Assembly: GCA_965203095.1 (NCBI GenBank)
Contig: OZ241877.1
Location: 1-64,000, forward strand
Reading direction: 5' to 3'
DNA from: Bdellovibrionales bacterium
GTDB taxonomy: Bacteria > Bdellovibrionota > Bdellovibrionia > Bdellovibrionales > UBA1609
DNA: 64,000 nt
The position numbers were made by a program, and so were the translations under genes. The stretch's first letter is position 1, and each line of letters begins with the position of its first letter. The notes under the pieces are model-generated. The model was not told where the DNA came from and did not search any database. It saw only the letters and a program-made list of their open reading frames with translations. Below, one piece after another: positions 19,443 to 28,796 of this stretch.

Positions 19443-19668
19443 TCTTCCTCTTTTTTTAGACGACAGGCAGACGACAAACCCACACTGGCTCTAAGAGACA
19501 GCCCGCCAACCGCTCCGCAGAGGGCAGACGACAGGCAGACGACATAAACTGGAGTTTCGAGCAAAAGGAGGGGGCTATCTTCTGGTTTTTTTTCAATTTG
19601 TTTTCATTGTCTGTTCAATAGGTTTTTCTTCATTGCCCTAAAAAATATTTTTTGAGATATTTTAAATC

Positions 19669-19896
19669 ATGACATTACTATCCCGCTTGCCTAAAGGGCG
19701 AATGGCTTTAATTACAGGCTTTTCCGCCAATCAACACATTTTCCTCCGTTTTATGGAGATGGGCCTAGGGGCCAATGAGCGGATCCAAATGTTAGGCCAA
19801 CTGCCCTTTGGGGGCAATTTAGTTATTCTTTCCTATTATGGGAAATACACTTTAAGAAAAACAACGGCTCAGATGATTCAAGTCAAAGAGTTATAA
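19669..19896 (+). CDS. feoA: Ferrous iron transport protein A
   Basis: RFMEMGL..., PFGG, TLRK motifs; upstream of feoB. Confidence 0.85.
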   Translation: MTLLSRLPKGRMALITGFSANQHIFLRFMEMGLGANERIQMLGQLPFGGNLVILSYYGKYTLRKTTAQMIQVKEL

Positions 19897-20006
19897 GCCA
19901 TTACCCGCTGATAAGGAGGCTTATTCTCAAAGGGAAAAACCTCTTTCATAAGCCAACTCAGCAGGGGGCAATGGTTTCTCAGGCAGATCGCTTCGCGGTA
20001 AAAATT

Positions 20007-21893
20007 ATGAGCCAAAAAACAAAAAAATTTTTTCTTGTTGGCCCACCCAATAGTGGGAAAACCAGCCTTTTTAATTGGCTGACGGGTTTTCAAAATCCTG
20101 TTGTCAATTACCCAGGATCTACAGCCCTTTTTTCTGAAGGGAATATTTTAAAAAAATACCAACTGCCGGGAATAGTTGTAGATAGCCCCGGTTTTTACAG
20201 CCTATTCCCTCAATCAGAAAATGAACAACAGGTTCAAAAACTTCTTTTTAAAAATAAAGATCCGCGAATTTTAATTCTGACTTTAGATGTCAGCAAGTTG
20301 GAGATTCAGCTCCCTTTGTTTTTTCAACTTAAAGAAGCAGGTTTCTCCCCTGTTTTGGCTTTAACTATGTGGGATATAAAGCCATCCCCTATAAATTTAT
20401 CCCGCCTTAAAAAGCTCTTAAAGACCCCAGTGATTCCCATCAAAGGTTTGACGGGAGAGGGGGTGATGGATCTGATAGAAATCCTCAAAAACTGGATTCC
20501 GGAACAAAAACCTAAACCTATAAAGGCTTGGGATCTCAACAAGTTTAAAGAGATTTCCCGCCAGACCCAAAATTTGATTTCCCCATCTTCTAAAAAAGAT
20601 ATGGAAAAAGAAAAAAAACAAAGTTTTTTTGCTGACCACCGATGGGACAAGCTCTTTCTTCATCCTCAAAAAGGCTTGCTTTTATTTGCCGGGATTATGT
20701 TGGGGCTGTTCTCCTCCATTTTCTGGCTGGCCCAACCCTTTATGGAGTTTATAGATAAAGCCTTTTCCCTCTTAATAGATCAAAGCTTTAAGAGTTTGGC
20801 AATTTATCCTCAAATAGCGGATTTTGTATCTCATGGCCTGTTGGCCAGTTTAGCTGGAGTCTTGATTTTTGTCCCGCAAATTTTTATTCTTTTTGCCGGC
20901 ATTTCCCTTTTAGAGGACACAGGATATTTGGCCCGTGCTGTGGCCCTTATGGATGGTCCTTTTTCAAAAATAGGTTTAAGTGGCCGATCCTTTGTCCCTT
21001 TTTTGTCCGGCTATGCCTGTGCTGTTCCCTCTGTTTTGCTGGCCAGAAACCTTGATAGCCAAAAAGAGAGATGGATGAATTTTTTAGCCATTCCTTTTAT
21101 GACTTGTTCTGCCCGCCTCCCCGTCTATATTCTGCTCCTCAGTTTTTTGTTTTATAGTCAATCCGCCTTTTTGCCAGCTCTCACTTTGGGCGGGATTTAT
21201 ATGGCCAGCTTTTTTTTAGGAATCTCAGTCGTATGGCTTTTAAATCTCTTTTTTAAAAAACAAACAAAAGAGGCTTTTTTGTTGGATCTCCCCTTATATC
21301 GCCCTCCAATTTTAAAGAAAATTTTGCGGAATGCCTACATGCAGAGCCGACATTATATTGTTAAAGCCGGGCCAACTATTTTTTTTGTCGCCTTAGTGAT
21401 TTGGCTATTATGTCATTTCCCCGGACAGAGTGATTTGCCCCCTGCTGAAAGAATCCAACAGAGTTATGCGGGGCAAATCGGCCAATGGATAGAGCCAGCC
21501 TTTAAAGCTATGGGAGTGGATTGGAGAGTGGGGACAGCCCTAATAGCGGCCTTTGCGGCAAGAGAGGTTTTTGTTCCCGCTTTGGCTTTGGTTTTTAGCC
21601 TGGCACCAGAAGGCAATGCCCCTTTAAAACAATCCCTTATAGAAAGCATGCAAAAGGCTCAGCATGCGGATGGTTCTTTGATTTTTACATTCAGCAGTGT
21701 GACCGCATTGGTGGTTTTTTTTATATTTTCCCTTCAGTGCCTTTCCACAACGGCAGTTGTTTATAAAGAGAGCGGTTCCTGGAGGCTGGCCCTGTTTCAG
21801 TTTTTGGCTTTAAATGGAGGAGCTTATCTTATGGCGGTTTGCACTTATCAGGGCCTGGAATGGCTTTTGTCCAACCCATTTTTCGGCTCATAA
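20007..21893 (+). CDS. feoB: Ferrous iron transport protein B
   Basis: GPPNSGKT, NYPGST, DSPG, LEDTGYLAR, PFMTCSARLPVY, AAREVFV. Confidence 0.95.
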   Translation: MSQKTKKFFLVGPPNSGKTSLFNWLTGFQNPVVNYPGSTALFSEGNILKKYQLPGIVVDSPGFYSLFPQSENEQQVQKLLFKNKDPRILILTLDVSKLEIQLPLFFQLKEAGFSPVLALTMWDIKPSPINLSRLKKLLKTPVIPIKGLTGEGVMDLIEILKNWIPEQKPKPIKAWDLNKFKEISRQTQNLISPSSKKDMEKEKKQSFFADHRWDKLFLHPQKGLLLFAGIMLGLFSSIFWLAQPFMEFIDKAFSLLIDQSFKSLAIYPQIADFVSHGLLASLAGVLIFVPQIFILFAGISLLEDTGYLARAVALMDGPFSKIGLSGRSFVPFLSGYACAVPSVLLARNLDSQKERWMNFLAIPFMTCSARLPVYILLLSFLFYSQSAFLPALTLGGIYMASFFLGISVVWLLNLFFKKQTKEAFLLDLPLYRPPILKKILRNAYMQSRHYIVKAGPTIFFVALVIWLLCHFPGQSDLPPAERIQQSYAGQIGQWIEPAFKAMGVDWRVGTALIAAFAAREVFVPALALVFSLAPEGNAPLKQSLIESMQKAQHADGSLIFTFSSVTALVVFFIFSLQCLSTTAVVYKESGSWRLALFQFLALNGGAYLMAVCTYQGLEWLLSNPFFGS

Positions 21894-22012
21894 GCATTTT
21901 GATTTTCTCAATACCGGAAGGCTTTTTGCTTTCCCTACCAAAAAATCTACCCCCTCTACTATAAGACCAAGCCAAATCATAAAAAAATGAGGGTCAATTT
22001 TGCGGGAAAAAC

Positions 22013-22378
22013 TTATTTTGCTCGCTTAATCGGATTTTGAAAATTATTTTTTAGATCGATTAACATCTGTTTTATTTCAGCTTGGCCAGCCTCTAAATTA
22101 TCCATTCTTTTCTCAATTTTATCCACTTTCATCTCAATTTTATCCATTCTTATCTCAATCTTAGTTATTCTTTTATCAATAGGGTCTATTTTTGCATCCA
22201 AAAGAACATAAACCAGTCCAAACAGAACGGCCAAAAATCCAATGATAAAAGCCCCAGCTGAGAACAATATGGAAAAAGCTTTTACTGTTTCCGCACTCAT
22301 TCCCATACTCACTCCTTTAGCCTTATTATTAGCCATTCCCAATTGTGCATTTGTGGCCGGGTTTATTGTTTCAGACAT
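22013..22378 (-). CDS. TM + coiled-coil small protein
   Basis: MSETINPAT start, TM helix, DKIE heptads, LEAGQAEIKQ; RBS aaggag. Confidence 0.8.
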   Translation of the reverse strand: MSETINPATNAQLGMANNKAKGVSMGMSAETVKAFSILFSAGAFIIGFLAVLFGLVYVLLDAKIDPIDKRITKIEIRMDKIEMKVDKIEKRMDNLEAGQAEIKQMLIDLKNNFQNPIKRAK

Positions 22379-22475
22379 ATCGACTCCTTAATGGTTTTGA
22401 GCTTATTATACCCACAGTCACTTTGGGGGGCAACATAAAAAGTGAGTTTATGGATAGGTTCATGGATATTACTTA

Positions 22476-22650
22476 GTTGTCCGTGAAAAACCTTTGTTTT
22501 TTAACTTTTTTTGTCCAAAGGACCATTCCATTTCGGGACGGCAATACCTTGGACCATCACCGGACGGCCTTTAGGCAAAAGTGATTGAAAAGTCTGCCCC
22601 TGTAAAAGCAGAGAATGAGAAGGTCTTACTGAGACTTTTTCACGGACGAC
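22476..22650 (+). mobile_element. MITE-like core-hairpin element (175 bp)
   Basis: TIRs gttgtccgtgaaaaa / tttttcacggacgac; flanks tactta / tattta; core at 22532-22558. Confidence 0.9.
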
Positions 22651-22827
22651 TATTTAAAAACCTTGAAAATTATAAAAATCCCTATCTGATGTGGATTTTT
22701 GCGGGCTTTTTTTATCAATCCTGTCCAAAAAATGAAAAAAATCCCTTTTTATCACTTTTTTTTTGCAAAAGCTCAACAGATATGATATAAAAACCTCTCA
22801 ATACTTAAAATAAAAAAGGAGTGAATT

Positions 22828-23319
22828 ATGGATTTATTGAAAGTGGGCGATCGGGTGGTGTATCCTGGTCATGGTGTGGGCCAGGTGACTTCTATTGAAG
22901 ACAAAAACATTATGGGGAGCCGGCTGACTTTTTACTCTATGGAAATTATGGAGTCAGGGACTAAAATCATGGTGCCTAAAAACCGTTTAAAAAATGCAGG
23001 AGTTCGCCCTGTAGCCTCTAAAAAACAGGCTCAAGAAGTGATGGGTTTTATCAATGAGTTGAAAGAGGGGAATAAAAATTATTATTCCAATGGGAAAAAT
23101 TGGCAAAAAAGGCAACAGTCTTATATGGATAAAATTAAAACAGGATCCATTTATGAAATAGCCCAAGTGATATGCGATCTCAACCAAATCAAAAAAGCCA
23201 AAGAGCTAAGTTATGGAGAAAAACGAATGATGGACAAAGCCAAAAACATGCTTTACTCTGAATTTTCGCTCACAATGGATAAGAAGGAGCTAAAAGGCTT
23301 ATCTAACCAAAGGATTTGA
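22828..23319 (+). CDS. carD: CarD family transcriptional regulator
   Basis: VGDRVVYPGHGVG, IMVP, GVRPV, KELSYGEK. Confidence 0.92.
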   Translation: MDLLKVGDRVVYPGHGVGQVTSIEDKNIMGSRLTFYSMEIMESGTKIMVPKNRLKNAGVRPVASKKQAQEVMGFINELKEGNKNYYSNGKNWQKRQQSYMDKIKTGSIYEIAQVICDLNQIKKAKELSYGEKRMMDKAKNMLYSEFSLTMDKKELKGLSNQRI

Positions 23320-23415
23320 GAGCTTGCTTGGCTTGAGCAAAAAAAGGTTTCCCCACTGTTCAAATCTCAACTGTTCAAAAATGAGAAACAAACTAAAAAA
23401 CTTCAAGCATTAGCG

Positions 23416-24876
23416 GTGAAAATGCCTGTCCGTGTCCGATTTGCCCCCAGCCCTACAGGTTCTCTTCATGTTGGGGGGGCCAGAACAGCCCTCTTTAACT
23501 ATCTTTTTGCCAAAAAACACAAAGGCTCTTTTATCTTGAGAATTGAGGATACCGATCAAGATCGGCACCAAGAGGAATCCCTTAAACCTCTTTTAGAAAA
23601 CCTGAAATGGTTAGGGTTGAATTGGGATGAAGGCCCTTTTTTTAGCTCCTCTGGGATAGATTCTAAAGGGCCTTTAGGCCCTTACCGGCAAAGGGATCGC
23701 CTTTCCATTTACAAAGCCAAAGCCTTAGAGCTTATAGATAAGGGAAGGGCTTATTATTGTTTTATGACAGAGGAGGAAGAAGCCCAGAGGAAAGCGAGTG
23801 TTCTCAAGGGGAAAAGCCCCTGGAGAGCCTTTAGCCCGGACAGGGATTTGCCTTTAAAGTCTGCTAAGGAGAGGATCCAAAAAGGAGAGAAATTTTGTAT
23901 TCGTTTTAAAACTATTGCTCCCGATACACATTATATCATAGAGGATCTGTTGAGAGGGGAGATTCGCTACCCCAGTGATAGTTTAGGGGATTTTATCCTC
24001 ATCCGGACCGATGCTTTTCCCGTATATAACTTTTCCTGTGCTGTGGATGATGGCCTGATGCAAATAAGCCATGTTTTCCGGGGTGAAGAGCACCTGTCTA
24101 ATAGCTTAAAGCAAAAACTCATTCAACAAGCACTAAATCTCCCTCAGCCCAAAATAGGGCATCTTTCTATCATATTGGGAAAAGACAAAAAAAAACTGAG
24201 TAAAAGATCCGGAGCTGAAAACCTACAACATTATAAAAAAGAAGGCTACTTGCCCTCGGCCATAAATAATTTTTTAGCTCTCTTGGGTTGGAATCCTGGA
24301 ACGGATCAGGAGTTTTTTTCTATGGATGAACTCATCAAAAACTTTAGTGTGGCGGGGCTGAATTTGTCAGCGGCCCTTTTTGACCCTAATAAATTGCTTT
24401 GGTTAAACGAAAAGCACTTAAAAGCCCTTCCGGAATTAGAGTTAGCAGGACTCATAAAAGATTTTGTAAAAAAACCACTGCCAAAGGATCGCTCTTTAAA
24501 AAGTTTTATCTCTCCCCTACTCTCTAACTTTAAAACTTTAAAGTCATCGGCTAAAATCATAGAGCTTTTTTCAGATGATGGCTTTTCCATTCAAGAGTCG
24601 GCCCTTCAGGTTTTGCATTGGCCTACAAGCCCTAAACTCATTAAAAGTTGGTTAAAATTTTTGCAAGCTCTTTCAAAACCAAATATGAGCTGGGAGGATT
24701 TTAAAGTTTTTCAAAAATCTACTGGTTTGAAGGGGAAGGAGTTTTTTATGCCCCTTCGCTCCGCCTTAATAGGCCAGCCAGAGGGTTTAGAGCTTAAAAT
24801 CCTAATAAGCTTGCTCACAAAAGATCAAATGTTAAAAAGGGCAGAGCAAATTTTACAAAATCTCAAAAATCAATAA
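23416..24876 (+). CDS. gltX: Glutamate--tRNA ligase
   Basis: RFAPSPTG-HVGG, LRIEDTD, RGEEH, KLSKR. Confidence 0.95.
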   Translation: MKMPVRVRFAPSPTGSLHVGGARTALFNYLFAKKHKGSFILRIEDTDQDRHQEESLKPLLENLKWLGLNWDEGPFFSSSGIDSKGPLGPYRQRDRLSIYKAKALELIDKGRAYYCFMTEEEEAQRKASVLKGKSPWRAFSPDRDLPLKSAKERIQKGEKFCIRFKTIAPDTHYIIEDLLRGEIRYPSDSLGDFILIRTDAFPVYNFSCAVDDGLMQISHVFRGEEHLSNSLKQKLIQQALNLPQPKIGHLSIILGKDKKKLSKRSGAENLQHYKKEGYLPSAINNFLALLGWNPGTDQEFFSMDELIKNFSVAGLNLSAALFDPNKLLWLNEKHLKALPELELAGLIKDFVKKPLPKDRSLKSFISPLLSNFKTLKSSAKIIELFSDDGFSIQESALQVLHWPTSPKLIKSWLKFLQALSKPNMSWEDFKVFQKSTGLKGKEFFMPLRSALIGQPEGLELKILISLLTKDQMLKRAEQILQNLKNQ

Positions 24877-27800
24877 GGCTTTCCCTTAAGCCATTCCATA
24901 ATATAGCTGTATATCTCGTTTTGAAGAATAGGCAAAAGCCTTGTTCTTATTTGAGTGGCTTGAATGAGCCAGTAGGCTATTTGTTTAAAGTCTTCCCTAC
25001 CAAAGGAGATTTTACCTAAAAGTTCGTTTGTGATTATTTGTTTTTGGTAAGGCAAAAGGGATGGTTCTTGATAAAGTTCAATAAGGAAATTGGCTGTGAT
25101 ACTAATTACCCCTTGCAATTCAGAAACAGGACCTAAAAAAAACAGAGCTTTTTGAAACCGCCAATCACTAACAGAATATTCCGCAGACTTTAGCAAAAAA
25201 AGCAGTATTTTATCATCTATGGGGATATAGCTTTGATTGAGTTTTGCTACTAAATCGGCTTTAAATTGAGTGGCTTGGCTTTTTTCAATAATGGCATTTC
25301 TTTCAAGATATTCGATAAGATCAAACAGTCTAACACAAAAATTTTTTAAGTTTTTTGAGTGGCTTTGCTGAGGAGTGATTTTTTGATAAAAACTCTGTGC
25401 TACCTTTCTCAATATAGCATCTTCTGATAAAAAGACAAAAGAGCCTTCATCATAAAGGGCTAATAGAGGATCGAGAAACTCTTTTCCTATGACTTGTTCC
25501 CAGTGCATCCTTTTCTCCCTATCCAAAACAAAATCAGAAGATAAAGGTTTTTTTTTACAATGCTTTTCAGCCCAGGTTTTGACTTTCGCCCAAAATTTTA
25601 AATCTTTTATTATTCTATCTGCTGGGGTAAAGTTTTTTAGAAGTTCCCCCTTTTCATCTAAACCCACTGTCAAATAACCATCTTTGGAATGAAAAGCCCA
25701 TTCCTGCATATATCTTTCTAAAGAGCTGATTGTAGATGGGCATATATAAAAACGAAAGGGGCTGTTTTCTAAACACTCTTCCATTTTTAGCTGATGAATC
25801 CCTATTAAAGAGGAAAGATCAATTAAAACATTTTTTTTGTCTTCCAAGTAGTCTTTAGTTTTTTCCTTCATTTCCCATTCAGGAATGGCAGATATAAATT
25901 TATCTTCTGTAGAAGAATACAAATATCCTATTATATCAATAGGATGATGACTCATTCTTTGAGCTATAGAACCAATAGTCAGCCTCCCCTCTCTATAAAG
26001 TTGAAATATTTTTTTAAAAAAAACTTTTTGCTGTTGCATATTAGGGGCTATTTGCTCCATCATATTTTTAAAAATATCTTGCCTATCTCCTGCTTGTGAC
26101 ACAACAGCAGTTGTTAAAAAAGCTTTTGAACCAAAGCGAATTTCTGCCTTGTTTATAATTTCATGGTGTTTATGAATATATTTGCTTTTGACTTCCATAA
26201 TCTGATATTTTTTATTTGAAAATAAAATATTATCTCCCTTCTTTTTCCCTAATAGTTTTTGTGAAAGCTCATGATCCGGGGTATATATATCTGCCATGTC
26301 CTCTATAATGATTTCTGTCTCTTCCAAGGTTTGATCTTGGATCCGGACATAGCAGTCTAAAGCCACTTTTTCGGGATGAAGGAAAAGTTTATCCTCCGGT
26401 TTGTTTTCCTTTAGTTTAACTGTCTGAAAGTCAGAAAGCTTTGGTTGATTTAAAAATAAAATTAGATTAAAATACCATTTTTGCACCTCCATATCTTTTG
26501 GATTTTTTTTGATATTTTGGTATTGGATTTCTAAAGCTTTTTTAGTCTGTCCCGTTTTCATATAAGCGAAAGAAAGACGGCTGATTTGCTCAGCGGTCAA
26601 TTCATTTAAGTCAAAAGAGTAGTTTAATAATTTTTTAGCCTTCTCAGTCTGCCCATTATTTATATAAGCTATGCTTAGCTCTATTCTAACAAAATTGTTT
26701 TGAGGCTTGGCTTTAAAAAAATCTTCATAAACCAGAAGAGCTTTTGTTTTATCACCTAAGCTCTCATAAATGCAAAACAGTAGGTGTGCTGGCTCTATCC
26801 TGTTAGGGAATTTTTTAAGCAATTTCTCTGCCAGTTCAATAGCCAATCTGTTGTTTCCATTTTCAAAATAGGTATTTAATAATTTAAAAATTTCAGGATG
26901 ATTGAGATTCTGTTTAGTAATTTCTTCTAAAAGAGGTTCGGCCTCTTTATACATTTTACAGTGATAAAGCTCTTGAGCAAGTTGTTGAATATCACTTAAC
27001 CACTCTCTACTTTTCATATAAGGTCCTTCTTGGCTACCTCTTTCTTTTTTGTATTTTTTATCCTTAAAAACTTCAAAAGCTTTTTTGAGGTATTTTATTT
27101 TTTTATCCTTATGAATTTTGGCACTGTTTATATCTTGTTGTTTGGCTTTTTCTTTTGCATTTTCAATTTTGGATTTTAAAATTAAAGTGGATACATTATC
27201 TTGATCTTCTTTAGAAAAAAGATTCAAGGTTTTTTCTGCCTCTTTTATTTTTCCAAAATTGATCTGCCTAAATACTTGGTATTGCTGGGCTTCTAATCTG
27301 TTCTCATTACTTGTAGAGGGATCTTTTATTGTTTTGTCTAATAGCTCCCAGGCTTTATTTTGTTGTTGGTTTTGAAAGTATAGGTCTGCTAAATTTAAAT
27401 TCAGAATAAAGAATTTTCCAGCTCTATTTTGCTTTTCTAATAGGCTAATGCTTTTTTTAATATCGCCTTTTTTTCGGAATAACCGGCTAAGCTCTATTTT
27501 TAAATGATCATCTTTTGGAAAAAAATTAGATCCTGTTTTAAGGGCAAAGATAGCCTTGTTTATTTCCCCATTCAGCTCAAGGGCCAGGGCATAATGCAAG
27601 TGCAAGTTGGCTTGCGATCGGCTAAACTCAGCATATTGATCCATTAACTTTTTATAGATTTGTATAATTTCATGGAGCTTATCTTTTAAATCTTCCGGAA
27701 CAGATCTTCCTGAAAAAACCTCCGGCCTTTCTAAAATCAAATGTAGGGACATATCTGCATATCCCGCCTCAAACCTTATGTTTTTATAACTGCCCTTTTG

Positions 27801-28793
27801 CTTTTTAAAAATATTTAGCCATTTTTTGGCCTCATCATATTGTTTTTTCTTAATACTGATATGGGATAAGGTATAAGCTATTTCCGGTTTTTCTTTTAGG
27901 GATGAGGGTAGGCTGGAAATGATTTCCCTTATAGATTGTTTCTCTTTTTCTTTAATTTTAATCTCCAAAGCATGAGAGCTTATATTTAAAGGGTTGATGT
28001 TTTGTGCCTCTTTAATATGTTTTTTTGAGTTTTCTATATCCCCTAAATAAAAATAAGCTACCGCACAATTTGCAAGGGCCTCTTCGTTTGTTTTATCAAA
28101 TTGCAAAGCTTTAATAAGCAGTTCAAAGGCTATAAATTCTTGATTTATATTTATTTTTGCACAAGCCAAGTGGTTTAAAACTCTATATTTTTCTTTATCC
28201 TTTAAATATTCCCATTTTTCCTTTTTAAACTCTTCTAAAAGCTTAATAGCGGTTTTAGGCTCACTATCTATTAAATTCCCAACACGGCTTAACTCCTGAT
28301 GAGAACTTTCACTTTGAACTGATTTTATTATAGGAGAAATATTTGAAGGAGCTGGATAATATTTTTTATAAACTTCAGGCTGATTGTCTAAAAGCTCTTT
28401 TATCTCTTCCCAGCTATGGACCTGGACAGAAAAAAGATTTTTTCCCTTATGTTGTTCCGATATAAGCCGGGCCTCTTCTTGTATTTTAGCATCTCTTTTA
28501 CAAGTTGTGGCCAAAATAAATTTTTTTAAAGCGGGAACAAATTTTTTGGCTTTTTTTACTTCCGCCAGCAATTCTTGTTTTTTGATTTTCCCATTGTAAT
28601 CTCTTTTTTTGCATTGTATCCCTATATCTTTATCGGGAACAAAAATGTCCACACCGTTTTGAGGCTGGCCTCTTCTTCCATTTTTTTGAGTTTGTTTGCC
28701 AAACTCCCCCCTATACAAATCCAAACAGAGGCTTTCCAATTGATTTTCATCTGCGGGAGGAGGGATTTGTAATTCTGATAGTTTAAAAGGCAA
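24870..28793 (-). CDS. Mrr-like nuclease + TPR + GreA/B-C-like + PIN domain protein (predicted defence protein)
   Basis: N-terminal GRRGQPQNGVDI..GIQCK; TPR-like helices; PDHELSQKLLGKKKGD (GreA/B C-terminal-like); VLIDLSSL..LSEDAILR PIN-like C-terminus. Confidence 0.75.
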   Translation of the reverse strand: MPFKLSELQIPPPADENQLESLCLDLYRGEFGKQTQKNGRRGQPQNGVDIFVPDKDIGIQCKKRDYNGKIKKQELLAEVKKAKKFVPALKKFILATTCKRDAKIQEEARLISEQHKGKNLFSVQVHSWEEIKELLDNQPEVYKKYYPAPSNISPIIKSVQSESSHQELSRVGNLIDSEPKTAIKLLEEFKKEKWEYLKDKEKYRVLNHLACAKININQEFIAFELLIKALQFDKTNEEALANCAVAYFYLGDIENSKKHIKEAQNINPLNISSHALEIKIKEKEKQSIREIISSLPSSLKEKPEIAYTLSHISIKKKQYDEAKKWLNIFKKQKGSYKNIRFEAGYADMSLHLILERPEVFSGRSVPEDLKDKLHEIIQIYKKLMDQYAEFSRSQANLHLHYALALELNGEINKAIFALKTGSNFFPKDDHLKIELSRLFRKKGDIKKSISLLEKQNRAGKFFILNLNLADLYFQNQQQNKAWELLDKTIKDPSTSNENRLEAQQYQVFRQINFGKIKEAEKTLNLFSKEDQDNVSTLILKSKIENAKEKAKQQDINSAKIHKDKKIKYLKKAFEVFKDKKYKKERGSQEGPYMKSREWLSDIQQLAQELYHCKMYKEAEPLLEEITKQNLNHPEIFKLLNTYFENGNNRLAIELAEKLLKKFPNRIEPAHLLFCIYESLGDKTKALLVYEDFFKAKPQNNFVRIELSIAYINNGQTEKAKKLLNYSFDLNELTAEQISRLSFAYMKTGQTKKALEIQYQNIKKNPKDMEVQKWYFNLILFLNQPKLSDFQTVKLKENKPEDKLFLHPEKVALDCYVRIQDQTLEETEIIIEDMADIYTPDHELSQKLLGKKKGDNILFSNKKYQIMEVKSKYIHKHHEIINKAEIRFGSKAFLTTAVVSQAGDRQDIFKNMMEQIAPNMQQQKVFFKKIFQLYREGRLTIGSIAQRMSHHPIDIIGYLYSSTEDKFISAIPEWEMKEKTKDYLEDKKNVLIDLSSLIGIHQLKMEECLENSPFRFYICPSTISSLERYMQEWAFHSKDGYLTVGLDEKGELLKNFTPADRIIKDLKFWAKVKTWAEKHCKKKPLSSDFVLDREKRMHWEQVIGKEFLDPLLALYDEGSFVFLSEDAILRKVAQSFYQKITPQQSHSKNLKNFCVRLFDLIEYLERNAIIEKSQATQFKADLVAKLNQSYIPIDDKILLFLLKSAEYSVSDWRFQKALFFLGPVSELQGVISITANFLIELYQEPSLLPYQKQIITNELLGKISFGREDFKQIAYWLIQATQIRTRLLPILQNEIYSYIMEWLKGKPY

Positions 28794-28796
28794 TCT

